Below, in pieces: positions 47,956-56,811 of a stretch of DNA of 64,000 bases. The notes under the pieces are model-generated. The model saw only the letters and a program-made list of their open reading frames with translations. It was not told where the DNA came from and searched no databases. Made by a program: the position numbers and the translations under genes. The DNA is from Steroidobacterales bacterium (GTDB taxonomy: Bacteria; Pseudomonadota; Gammaproteobacteria; Steroidobacterales; Steroidobacteraceae), in assembly GCA_044440135.1 (NCBI GenBank), contig JBIODC010000004.1, forward strand, positions 11,835 to 75,834. Direction: 5' to 3'. The number at the start of each line of letters is the position of its first letter. Positions within the stretch are counted from its first letter, which is position 1.

Positions 47956-48812
47956 GGCGTGGCGGCCACGGTGAACCGGCTGATGATTCGATCGCCGTTG
48001 ACGTCGGCGGCCGGCAGCGCGGTGAGGGCCTGGCCATCGCTGGCGCTGAGCCCGGCACCGGGCTGTCCACTGAGCACGATCTGATAGTCGCCGGCCATCA
48101 GCGGCGCGCGCGGCGTCAGCAGCAGCGCGCGCGGATTGGCCGCTGGCACCGATGGATCGATCGCGACGGCGATCGTCGACGCGGTTCCGGCTGCGCCCAC
48201 GCTGCGCTCCAGGCGCACTGCGGCTGTATCGACGCGCGTGGCATCCAGTTCGCGCGTGAATCCGAGCACGATCTGCGCCGGTGGCACCGGCAGCACGTCG
48301 CGGTCGTCCGGCGCCAACGAGGCGATGCGGAAACTCGCGGCCATCGGGCTGGCCAACGCTCCCGGCTGCGCGCCGTCCGTGATCCACTGAACGATGAAGG
48401 CAATGGTGCTCGCGGGCAGCGGCGTCTCGCCGAGCGGCATCTGTGCGCCGACGGCGGCATGCCCTTCGATTTTCTGAATGATGTAACTGTTGGTGGGGTC
48501 GCCCGGCTTGACGCGATCGATGCTCGGCACTTCGGTGCTGGGGATGTTCACCAGCAGGTTGTAGCCATGCGCCGCATCCAGCATCAGGCCTTGCGGGGCG
48601 GTGGCCCCGATATGGCACACCGAACAGATTGGTGTGAACACGTTGGCTTGTATGGCGTCGAAGTTGGCGGACAATGGCACCGGGCCGCCCGAGCTCGATC
48701 CGGTCAGCGGCTGTCCGCTGCTGTCGAGGCCGGCGCCGCTACCCGAGCAGGCGCACAGCCAGATGCAAAGCACACCCGAGGCAGCTTGAGAGGTGCGAAT
48801 CAGAGTCGTCAC
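47952..48812 (-). CDS. Lipoprotein with cytochrome-c-like CxxCH domain (PSCyt1-like) and C-terminal Ig-like domain
   Basis: GTG start. Lipobox-like IWLCAC|SGS. NVFTPICSVCHIGATAPQGL...VKPGDPTNSYIIQKI...IVQWITDGA resembles the planctomycete cytochrome C domain. The C-terminus is beta-rich. Confidence 0.65.
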   Translation of the reverse strand: MTTLIRTSQAASGVLCIWLCACSGSGAGLDSSGQPLTGSSSGGPVPLSANFDAIQANVFTPICSVCHIGATAPQGLMLDAAHGYNLLVNIPSTEVPSIDRVKPGDPTNSYIIQKIEGHAAVGAQMPLGETPLPASTIAFIVQWITDGAQPGALASPMAASFRIASLAPDDRDVLPVPPAQIVLGFTRELDATRVDTAAVRLERSVGAAGTASTIAVAIDPSVPAANPRALLLTPRAPLMAGDYQIVLSGQPGAGLSASDGQALTALPAADVNGDRIISRFTVAATP

Positions 48813-48896
48813 AGCGGTAGGTGCCGGTCACCGCGTCGGCGGTTTTATCCGACGCAGGGCAATGGCCGGCGGATCGCCCCGCGCTGGCCGGTGAGC

Positions 48897-50009
48897 CTAT
48901 CGCCGGCCAGCGCTCAGGCTCGAGTAGAGGGCTTGAAAGCGCGCGGCGGTGAAATCGGCGTCTTCCCGCGCGGCGCGCCCCAGAGCCTCGCGAGCGATAC
49001 CGAGGCGCAGATCTTCGTCGGCGAGCAGCCGCTCGATGGCGCCGGCGAGGGCAACCGGATCGCCGACCGGTACCGCGATTGCGGCTTCCGGCGCCCATTC
49101 CGCGACATGTCCAACCGTCGTTCCCACCGTCGGCACGCCGGTCACGGCCGCCTCCAGCATCGCCAGCGGGCCCGCCTCATGGCGTGACGAGACGATCATC
49201 AGGTCCGCGGCCTCCACCACCGGACGCAATTGCCGTTGCGTCAGAAAGCCACGGAACCTGACTTGTCCGGACAGCCCCAATTGTCCCGCCAGCGCCTGGA
49301 TTTCGCCGTGCAGCGTATCGTCACCGACGATATCCGCCTCAAAGCGCACGCCGGATCGTGCCAGAGCGGCAAGCGCGCGCAGCAGCGTCGGTTGATCCTT
49401 GACCCGATTGAGGCTGGCGACCTGGATCAGCCTCGCCGGCCGGCCGGGCTCGCGCCGCAGCGGAGCTCGTGGCGGCCAAATGCTCAGATCGACGCCGAGT
49501 GGCAGACGTTGCGCCGCCAGTCCAAGTTCCGACAGCAGACCGACGACCGGCGAGCTCGTCGCGGTCACGGCGGATGCGCTGCGCAGGACCAGCGCTTCGC
49601 GCACGCGGCCGCGCCAGCTCTGCCTGCCGCCAAAGCCAATATCGGGCATCGCAACCACCTCGCCGCCGGTGACATGAACCAGGCTCGGGACGCCCAGGAT
49701 GCATGCGGCCACCACCGCCACCTGGCCGCTGGCCCCCGACCACATCGCGTGCACGATGCTGAACGGCGAGCAGCGATGCAGCTTCCGGATCGCACGCACG
49801 GCTCGCGGGCGCGTGTAGCGTGAGCCGATGTTGTGGATCCGGGCGCCCGCCAGATCCCAACTGCCGGGCCGAGCCTCCTGATGCAACGCGAAAACCTGGA
49901 CGTCATGGTGCCGGGACAGCCGCTCGATCAGGGACAACAGCGCCGGAATCACCCGGTACTCTCCCGACCGATCGACCCCTCCAGGTACCACCAGAGCGAT
50001 GCGCATCAT
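48897..50009 (-). CDS. Glycosyltransferase family 4 (GT-B)
   Basis: MMRIALVVPGGVDRSGEY N-terminus and C-terminal HEAGPLAMLEAAVTGVPTVGT motif. The start is ATG 50009 or 50006 (the track start 50012 is TTG). Confidence 0.85.
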   Translation of the reverse strand: MMRIALVVPGGVDRSGEYRVIPALLSLIERLSRHHDVQVFALHQEARPGSWDLAGARIHNIGSRYTRPRAVRAIRKLHRCSPFSIVHAMWSGASGQVAVVAACILGVPSLVHVTGGEVVAMPDIGFGGRQSWRGRVREALVLRSASAVTATSSPVVGLLSELGLAAQRLPLGVDLSIWPPRAPLRREPGRPARLIQVASLNRVKDQPTLLRALAALARSGVRFEADIVGDDTLHGEIQALAGQLGLSGQVRFRGFLTQRQLRPVVEAADLMIVSSRHEAGPLAMLEAAVTGVPTVGTTVGHVAEWAPEAAIAVPVGDPVALAGAIERLLADEDLRLGIAREALGRAAREDADFTAARFQALYSSLSAGRR

Positions 50010-50133
50010 CAAGGTAGGTGCCCGCTACGGCCCGAAAGGTTTTTCGTGACCTGCGGGCACACGCAGCCCCGGTTGCGGCCATTGTCCGCGCAATCGAAGT
50101 CTGACACGCTGCGCCAGCCTCTCTGATTGAAAC

Positions 50134-50982
50134 ATGCATCGACCACCCAACTCACCTGCGGCACCGCCGGTCTGTACCGAGCCGCAACTGCGCGACACAC
50201 GGACTGCATTCGACAGCGTCGCGGCAGACTATGACGGTCCGCGCGGCAACAACGCGCTGATTCAGGACATGCGCCGGGAGATGTGGCACTGGCTGGACGT
50301 CACGTTTGCCGCCGGCAGCCGATTGATCGACATCGGCTGTGGCACCGGCCTGGATGCGGTCCGCATGGCGGGCCTCGGGCATCAGATCACGGCCACCGAC
50401 TGGTCGCCGCAAATGGTGCAGCGGACCTGCGCTCGTGCGGCGAGCGAACACCTGGAGGCGCGCGTGCAGGCAATCGCCGTGGGTGCACAGGAATTGGGGC
50501 TGCTCGACGGCGCCGGCAGCTACGACGGCGCGTATTCCAATCTTGGCCCGCTCAATTGCGCGCCCGATCTGGCCGAGGTGTCGCGCGAATGCGCGCGCCT
50601 GCTCAAACCCGGGGGCGCGCTGGTGTTTTCCGTCATTGGCCGCATCTGCCCGTGGGAGATTGCGCATTACCTGGGGCGGGGCCGGTGGGCGCGGGTGAAA
50701 CTGCGCTTTGCCCGCAACTTCGTGCCGGTCGGCATGAACCGTCACACCATCTGGACGCGCTACTATGGGCCGCGCGAATTCTATCGCGCGTTCCGGCGCC
50801 AGTTCGCGCTCAGCCACTTCCGTGGCCTGTGCGTGTTCGCGCCGCCGCCGTATCTGATCTGGGTTCGAGAGCGGCATCCGCGCTGGCACGATCGCCTGTG
50901 GCGACTGGATCGACGGCTGGCCGGGTGGCCGCTGCTGCGCGCGATGGGCGATCATTTCCTGATCGTCATGCAGAAGCGCTGA
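50134..50982 (+). CDS. Class I SAM-dependent methyltransferase
   Basis: Motif I LIDIGCGTGLDAVRMA and post-I ITATDWSPQMV. 282 aa. Confidence 0.85.
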   Translation: MHRPPNSPAAPPVCTEPQLRDTRTAFDSVAADYDGPRGNNALIQDMRREMWHWLDVTFAAGSRLIDIGCGTGLDAVRMAGLGHQITATDWSPQMVQRTCARAASEHLEARVQAIAVGAQELGLLDGAGSYDGAYSNLGPLNCAPDLAEVSRECARLLKPGGALVFSVIGRICPWEIAHYLGRGRWARVKLRFARNFVPVGMNRHTIWTRYYGPREFYRAFRRQFALSHFRGLCVFAPPPYLIWVRERHPRWHDRLWRLDRRLAGWPLLRAMGDHFLIVMQKR

Positions 50983-51018
50983 CGCCGGCGAGTTTGGGCA
51001 GCGCGACGCCGCTTCGAG

Positions 51019-53031
51019 CTACTGCTGCTTCGATCCGGTCGGCGTCATGGCGCGAAAGCAGCCGTCGATCACACTCGCGACCATCAGCGCGCCTGTCCAC
51101 GTCAGGTGATTCGAGTCGGCGTACAGCAGCTGGCCGTGAGCCTCGAAGATGCACCAGCCTGTGCGACACAGCAGGTCCTTGGGATCGACCGTGGTCAGCA
51201 CTCCGCGGCGCTCGAGCGTGCGGAAATCGGTTTCGGGCCCACGCAGCTGCTGCCGCGCCTCGGCTTGGCTCCACTGCAGGAAATCCTCCGAGATCCCGCG
51301 CTTGCGCGCCACCGCCAGCGCATACGGCAGGTCGTACGCGTAGGTGGGAACATCCAGCACAACGCAGATCGAGCGCTTGTCCGAGGTCACGGCGCGCAAG
51401 GTCTGCTGCAGTCCGCGCATCAGGTTCGATTCACCCGGGGCCGCGGGTACGTCCGGCTGCGGGACGAGATTCGCATCGACATCCATCCAGCGCGCATTCA
51501 GGATGACCACGGCGGGAGCAAGCCGGCGGATGGCTTGTACGGCCGCGGCGTTGAAGTCCGCACATCGGAGGCGGGCGGCTGGGGGCAGCGCCCGGTCGGC
51601 AACACCAAGCAACGGCCGGCATGACGAATTGGCTGCGAAGAACAGCCGGATCTGATGTGAATTCGCCAACTTCTCGTACGTCGACAACAGCGCCATCGCA
51701 TGGCTGTCACCCCACACCAGGGCACGGGGCGCAGCGTCGCTTTGGGGCCCGAAACTGCACAGTTCCCCCGTGGCGATCTTCTCAGGCGGCAGATCCAGGC
51801 ATTGCATCACGTCGTCGCGGTTGACCTTCCACAACTCGCCCTGGGTTTGAAATTCGCTCGGGAATCGCCCGGGCAGCCCATGCGTTTTCCACAGTGCAAC
51901 ACCGACAATCAGGACCATGGCATTGGCCGTCAATGCCCACAGCAGGAACGACCGGTTGGACTTGAGCAATGTCCTCCGGCGGATGGGCGCTTCGACCCAT
52001 TTCCAGCTCAGGCAGGCGACGATGTACATCGAGCCGATCAGCGCCGCAACGCCGGCAGCGCTGACCTTCAGGATGTAGTAGTAGGTGAACAGCGCCAGGA
52101 TCACGAAGTGCCACAGATAGAGCGAATAGGAGATCAGCCCGGTGAATACCAGCGGTCTCAGCGACAACAGCCTGGCGGCCAGGGTGGGCCGCTGGCGTCC
52201 GGTCAGTATCAATGCCGCCGTCGCTGCGCACGGTGCGAGGGTATATAGCCCTGGGTATCTCGTCGCCGCGCTGTACCAGCCGGCCGAGGATCCCAGCGTC
52301 ACAAGTGCTGCAATGGCCAGCAGTTCGCCGGCGAACCGGGACCGGATCAGATCTTCGCGGCCGGTCGCAATCGCCGCGCCCAGCAGCAGTTCCCATGACC
52401 GCGAGGGGGCCAGGTAGTAGTTGGCGACCGGCCGGTGATACGAGGCCCAGACACATGCGGTGAACGACGCCGCCGCCAGCACAAGCAGGGCTGGCGTTGG
52501 ATGCCGGGGCAGGTATCGGCTGATGAGCAGCAGCGAGATCGGATAGATTAGATAAAATTGCTCTTCGATGGCGATCGACCAGAAATGCAGCAGCGCGACG
52601 TTTTCGCCGAAATTCTGGAAGTAGCCCTGTCGGTCGGTCCACGCGGCAATGTTTGTCAGCAGTAGTGCGGTTGCGGCAAGGTATTTTCCGAATCTTGCGA
52701 GCGCCCACGGCAGGAGAATGATGCTTGCCGCGGCTGCCGCGATCAGCGATACGACCAACAGCGCAGGCAGGATGCGGCGCGCGCGGCGCAGGTAAAAATT
52801 CGCCAGCCGCGCCCGCAGCGGTTGTGCGCTCGAGCCGATCAGCAACAGGGTGATGAGATATCCGGATATGACAAAGAACACGTCGACGCCGACATATCCG
52901 CCGCCGAATCCTGGTACATGCGAATGAAACAGCACCACCAATGCAACCGCGATGCCCCGCAGCCCGTCGATGTCGCGGCGATAGGGCGATGTGACTGCAT
53001 CGCCGGCCGGCCATTTCATCGCTTGCTGCAT
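51019..53031 (-). CDS. Acyltransferase family 3 membrane protein with C-terminal SGNH-like domain (OafA/YrhL type)
   Basis: RRDIDGLRGIAVALVVLFH start motif, about 10 TM helices and a C-terminal soluble domain (LVWGDSHAMAL). The start is ATG 53031 or 53019 (the track start 53043 is TTG). Confidence 0.85.
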   Translation of the reverse strand: MQQAMKWPAGDAVTSPYRRDIDGLRGIAVALVVLFHSHVPGFGGGYVGVDVFFVISGYLITLLLIGSSAQPLRARLANFYLRRARRILPALLVVSLIAAAAASIILLPWALARFGKYLAATALLLTNIAAWTDRQGYFQNFGENVALLHFWSIAIEEQFYLIYPISLLLISRYLPRHPTPALLVLAAASFTACVWASYHRPVANYYLAPSRSWELLLGAAIATGREDLIRSRFAGELLAIAALVTLGSSAGWYSAATRYPGLYTLAPCAATAALILTGRQRPTLAARLLSLRPLVFTGLISYSLYLWHFVILALFTYYYILKVSAAGVAALIGSMYIVACLSWKWVEAPIRRRTLLKSNRSFLLWALTANAMVLIVGVALWKTHGLPGRFPSEFQTQGELWKVNRDDVMQCLDLPPEKIATGELCSFGPQSDAAPRALVWGDSHAMALLSTYEKLANSHQIRLFFAANSSCRPLLGVADRALPPAARLRCADFNAAAVQAIRRLAPAVVILNARWMDVDANLVPQPDVPAAPGESNLMRGLQQTLRAVTSDKRSICVVLDVPTYAYDLPYALAVARKRGISEDFLQWSQAEARQQLRGPETDFRTLERRGVLTTVDPKDLLCRTGWCIFEAHGQLLYADSNHLTWTGALMVASVIDGCFRAMTPTGSKQQ

Positions 53032-53033
53032 CA

Positions 53034-53777
53034 ATGACCGCAATCGTCACGGGCGAAGCATACTTCCGGGCGATCACCGGGAACGCATCCGATCGTCGCG
53101 CGCGCGTCGCCTTTCAACAACTGGTTCTGAAGATTGCAAGACCGGGCGCCAGGCTCTTCGACTTCGGATCCGGCCCGGGGATCGACGCTCGCTTCTACGC
53201 CGAACGCGGCTTTGCCGTCGAAGCCTATGACGTCGATCCTGAAATGCGCGCATTCTTCGCCGTCTACTGCCGGGAATTCATCGAGACCGGACGAATCGCG
53301 CTCTACCGCGGCGACTATCGCGAATTCCTGGCTCACGAAGCCATCGAAGGTACCGGCGGCATCGAGCTCATCACCTCGAATTTCGCGCCGCTCAATCTGG
53401 TTCCGGACTTGCCAGAGCTGTTCGGAAAATTTCACGCGCTGGCGGCCCCGGATGGCCAGGTGCTGGCAAGCGTTCTGAGCCCCTATTGCATCGGCGATCT
53501 GAAGTACCGCTGGGCGTGGCGGAACGCACCGCGCCTGTGGCGCCATGGTTCCTATACGCTGCCTGGCCCGCGGTTCCCGAGCACCCGGCGCACGCTGGCC
53601 AATTTCGCCGCTCACAGCGCGCCGTACTTCGTATTGGAACGGGTATATCGTGGGCTGCCGCCAAGGCCGGGGCGCGACGCCATCGGCGTCGACGTGCGCC
53701 GTGGTGTCGGATTCTCCTGGCTTCACGCAATCACCTCGCAGTTCATGTTTCTCCTGTTTCGAAGGGCGCCGCTCTGA
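53034..53777 (+). CDS. Class I SAM-dependent methyltransferase
   Basis: Motif I LFDFGSGPGIDARFYA and VEAYDVDPEM. 247 aa. Its ATG lies 2 nt from the divergent acyltransferase ATG. Confidence 0.8.
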   Translation: MTAIVTGEAYFRAITGNASDRRARVAFQQLVLKIARPGARLFDFGSGPGIDARFYAERGFAVEAYDVDPEMRAFFAVYCREFIETGRIALYRGDYREFLAHEAIEGTGGIELITSNFAPLNLVPDLPELFGKFHALAAPDGQVLASVLSPYCIGDLKYRWAWRNAPRLWRHGSYTLPGPRFPSTRRTLANFAAHSAPYFVLERVYRGLPPRPGRDAIGVDVRRGVGFSWLHAITSQFMFLLFRRAPL

Positions 53778-53830
53778 AGACCGGGAATCCGCTGGCAGCA
53801 TTCGCCAGCGTCCGACGCGCGGCTTCGGCT

Positions 53831-55018
53831 TTAGCGATAGGCAATCCGTCGCAGTGTGGCCCGCAAGCCCGACACGGCCGAAATGCCGTATCCGAGCCTG
53901 TTGGCGGACCGGCCGACCACCGTTGCGACCAGAAGTTTCTCCGCCCCAGTCAGCGTGCGATGCGGCATGTGCTCGTCGTCGGCGAGAATCCGACCCTTCA
54001 CTTCGCCCGATTCATACGAGCTGTTGCTTCCGGCAAGTACTCCGCCAATGGTCGGGCGCCACAGAATCGGCAGCGGTTGAATGCCGAGGAAGGCCGCGAG
54101 CCTGCTTATCGTCACGCGCTGATCATTCACCAGCTGTTCGTAGCGGATCAGCAGGTAGCGATCGCTCAAGTTGGCGTCTGAACAGGCGATGGCGACCCGA
54201 TATGTCCGGGCAAGATCTCGTAGCACCGCTCGAACGTTGCGAAACGCGGCCGAGGTGTGCAATTCCATGATCTTGCGGGAGTTGAACACCGCCATCGGGT
54301 CCCGAATGACATGGATGATCCGGGCGTCGGGAAACTCTGCCAGCAATCGATTGATGAAACGTTCGTTGGCCGGTGTTTTCTCGACCCACCTCAATGCAGC
54401 AGGGGCAATTCTGCCCCCGGCGTTGCAGTAGGCATACGCCAGCGCCACGGCTACCAGCGTCCACGAGCGCGTGTCCCGACCCAGAGCGCGTTCAACGATG
54501 AACCACCATGCCATCAAGGCGCGCGCGAACGACACGTACGGCGAATCCACGGAGGAACTGCGCCCGAGCAGCCAGAACGGCGGTTGATTGCTGTGATTCG
54601 CCAGTCTGCGCACCCATTCGCAGGCGACTGCACGCAGGCTGGCGTCCGTTGGTCCGACAATTCGACTCCATCGATTGCTATGCAACGTTCCCTCGGCCGG
54701 CAATACCGACAGCGCCGGATGAGAGTCCAGCAGATCGCGTATCAGCGTTGTGCCGCTACGATGCACGCCGCAGATGAACACCGGGCGCCGCGCCAGACTG
54801 ACCCCGCGCTCGATGTCCTCGGGCGCGATCCGACATGGGCCGCGGGTCTCGGCCGCCGCCCAGACGCGGTCAGACCACGCGAGCGCGGTCATCGCCGCAA
54901 CCGCGGCCGCGCTGCTATCCAGCCGCCAGTCCACCAACTGCCGGTCGAGCAGCGGCTCGAGATCCAGCAGCTGCTTCATTGCGCTTGGGTCGGATGCTCG
55001 GGTAGACATCTGGACCAT
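53831..55018 (-). CDS. Sulfotransferase, Sulfotransfer_3 / tyrosylprotein-sulfotransferase-like
   Basis: 5'-PSB-like VFICGVHRSGTTLIRDLLDSHP, 3'-PB-like FPDARIIHVIRDPMAVFNS, and LLIRYEQLV. TGATG overlap with the ABC gene. Confidence 0.85.
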   Translation of the reverse strand: MVQMSTRASDPSAMKQLLDLEPLLDRQLVDWRLDSSAAAVAAMTALAWSDRVWAAAETRGPCRIAPEDIERGVSLARRPVFICGVHRSGTTLIRDLLDSHPALSVLPAEGTLHSNRWSRIVGPTDASLRAVACEWVRRLANHSNQPPFWLLGRSSSVDSPYVSFARALMAWWFIVERALGRDTRSWTLVAVALAYAYCNAGGRIAPAALRWVEKTPANERFINRLLAEFPDARIIHVIRDPMAVFNSRKIMELHTSAAFRNVRAVLRDLARTYRVAIACSDANLSDRYLLIRYEQLVNDQRVTISRLAAFLGIQPLPILWRPTIGGVLAGSNSSYESGEVKGRILADDEHMPHRTLTGAEKLLVATVVGRSANRLGYGISAVSGLRATLRRIAYR

Positions 55019-56811
55019 CAGCGCATGCCGGCCAATTGCTTGAAGCCCTCTGAGTCGCGGAGCAGCTCAGCGTAGGACCCGCTGGCCATGATCTTCCCGT
55101 TGGCGAGCTCGAAGATCACATTGCAGGTGCGCAGCGTGCTCAAGCGGTGAGCGATCAGAATGATGGTATAGCTGCCGCGCAGGCTCATCAGGGTCGCGAT
55201 CAGCTCCTGTTCGGTCAAGCCATCCAGGGCGTTGGTGGCTTCGTCCAGAATCAGTACCGAGGCTTCACGGTAGAGTGCACGGGCAATGCCGACCCGCTGA
55301 CGTTGACCGCCACTCAAGCCAACGCCGCGCTCACCGACCGGGTGATCGTAGCCGTCGGGCAGGCTGCGCACGAATTCGTCGAGCTGCGCGCGCCGTGCGG
55401 CGGCGAGCAGCCGCTCCCGATCGATATGCTCCCTCGGAACGCCGAGCGCGACATTCTGCGCGATGCTCGCATCCATTAGACCGATATGCTGCGGAACGTA
55501 GGCGATCCGGTGTTGCCACGCCGCGCGCGTTGCGTGGTCCACGGCGATGCCGTCGACTTCCACCTGGCCCGTCACAGGCACGAGCAACCCCGCAATCAGA
55601 TCGACCAGCGTGCTCTTTCCCGAACCGTTGGCACCTACGAAGCCGACTACCGATCGCGCGGGAATCACCAGCGAGACCGCGTTGACCGCCGGCGGCGCAT
55701 CGGCCGAATAGGCGAACGTTACCTCGGTCATGCGGATGTCCCGTGCCGGACGTTGCCGCCACGATTCATCCACCGCCGCGGGTATATCGATGGCGGAGCG
55801 CGCCAGCCGCAGATCCGGCGCTATCGCGGCAAATCCGGTGCGGCTGGCGCGAATTCTGATTGCCGCCACGAATGCCTGCTGCAGCGTGGGCAGCAGCCGA
55901 TACGCCGCAAATCCCATGAAGGTCAGCTGACCCAGCCACGGGCTGACGCCGTCGTCGCGGCTACCCAGCAGCAGGGCCGTGCCGACCAGACCCGCCACGG
56001 CGACGCACTCCATCACGTGCCTTGGGCTCTGGCTCACGAGCTGGGTGTGCGCGACGGCCAGCGACAGGGTTCGGCTTGCGCGGTCGAATCGGTCGCGAAA
56101 TACGTTCTGGATTCGAAACAGCAGGATTTCCTTCATCGCGCCCAGGGTCTCGGTGACGATCTTTGTCTGCTCGATAAAGAACTTCGACTGAACCTGGCCG
56201 CAGCGCAGCGACCGCTTGCGCACTGCGAGGTAGATCAGCAGATAGCCGCCGCCGAGCGCTCCGATCATCGCCAGGGCAACCGCCGGGTTGAGCAGCAGAA
56301 CCGATACGATGATGAATGCCGCCGTGATGATGGCCGTGACCAGGGTGAATGCGCTCTGCAGGATCTCATTGGTGACCCGGGCGGTCTCGTGGATGACGTT
56401 GTTGTAGATCGTTGCGCTGTGCGTTTGCGCGTGAAAGACATACGGGCGGCGAAGATACTCACCGAACAATGTTGCCTGCAGGTCGGCGCCGATCCACCAG
56501 GCCAGCCGACTCATCGCGAAGGCGCCCAGGATGTTGATCACGTTGGCGATCACTACCAGTGCCACGAACCCAAGACCCAGGGCCACGATGAATCTGCGGT
56601 TGCTTGAGAATCCCAGGTGAACGTACAGCCAGTGCACCGGCCCGACCGAATCGATCAACTCCGGTCTTCCCAGCACGGAGAAGAATGGCGCGATCGAAAC
56701 TATCCCGGTCACGGTGGAGAACGCCATCGTGACCGAAAGCACCTGCGCCGCGAGTACCCAGCGTCGTTGCCGGGGCGTCAGGATGCTCCAGATGTCGCGC
56801 AGCATGCTCAT
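55018..56811 (-). CDS. Fused TMD-NBD ABC exporter (MsbA/PglK type); no C39 peptidase domain
   Basis: ATG 56811 overlaps the upstream TGA (ATGA). Six-helix TMD. GANGSGKST, LSGGQRQR, VLILDEAT. 597 aa. Confidence 0.9.
   Translation of the reverse strand: MSMLRDIWSILTPRQRRWVLAAQVLSVTMAFSTVTGIVSIAPFFSVLGRPELIDSVGPVHWLYVHLGFSSNRRFIVALGLGFVALVVIANVINILGAFAMSRLAWWIGADLQATLFGEYLRRPYVFHAQTHSATIYNNVIHETARVTNEILQSAFTLVTAIITAAFIIVSVLLLNPAVALAMIGALGGGYLLIYLAVRKRSLRCGQVQSKFFIEQTKIVTETLGAMKEILLFRIQNVFRDRFDRASRTLSLAVAHTQLVSQSPRHVMECVAVAGLVGTALLLGSRDDGVSPWLGQLTFMGFAAYRLLPTLQQAFVAAIRIRASRTGFAAIAPDLRLARSAIDIPAAVDESWRQRPARDIRMTEVTFAYSADAPPAVNAVSLVIPARSVVGFVGANGSGKSTLVDLIAGLLVPVTGQVEVDGIAVDHATRAAWQHRIAYVPQHIGLMDASIAQNVALGVPREHIDRERLLAAARRAQLDEFVRSLPDGYDHPVGERGVGLSGGQRQRVGIARALYREASVLILDEATNALDGLTEQELIATLMSLRGSYTIILIAHRLSTLRTCNVIFELANGKIMASGSYAELLRDSEGFKQLAGMR

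Noticed and set aside
47956-48618. 221-codon N-terminal extension of the outer-membrane barrel ORF (track 46843..48618). Analogous extensions occur at 60272..61102 (methyltransferase), 57975..58244 (GT4), 23036..23227 (TBDR), 46782..46991 (B12-rSAM) and 18890..19042 (TonB_C protein).
   Set aside because: These extensions overlap the upstream gene in another frame and are Arg-rich. An internal ATG with a signal peptide, SD or stop-start overlap gives a protein of the expected family length.
51782-53077. 431-aa minus-strand ORF in an alternative frame of the acyltransferase region
   Set aside because: It is out of frame with the Acyl_transf_3 protein, which shows the RRDIDGLRGIAV motif and regular TM helices. 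The alternative translation is Arg/Pro/Gly-rich.
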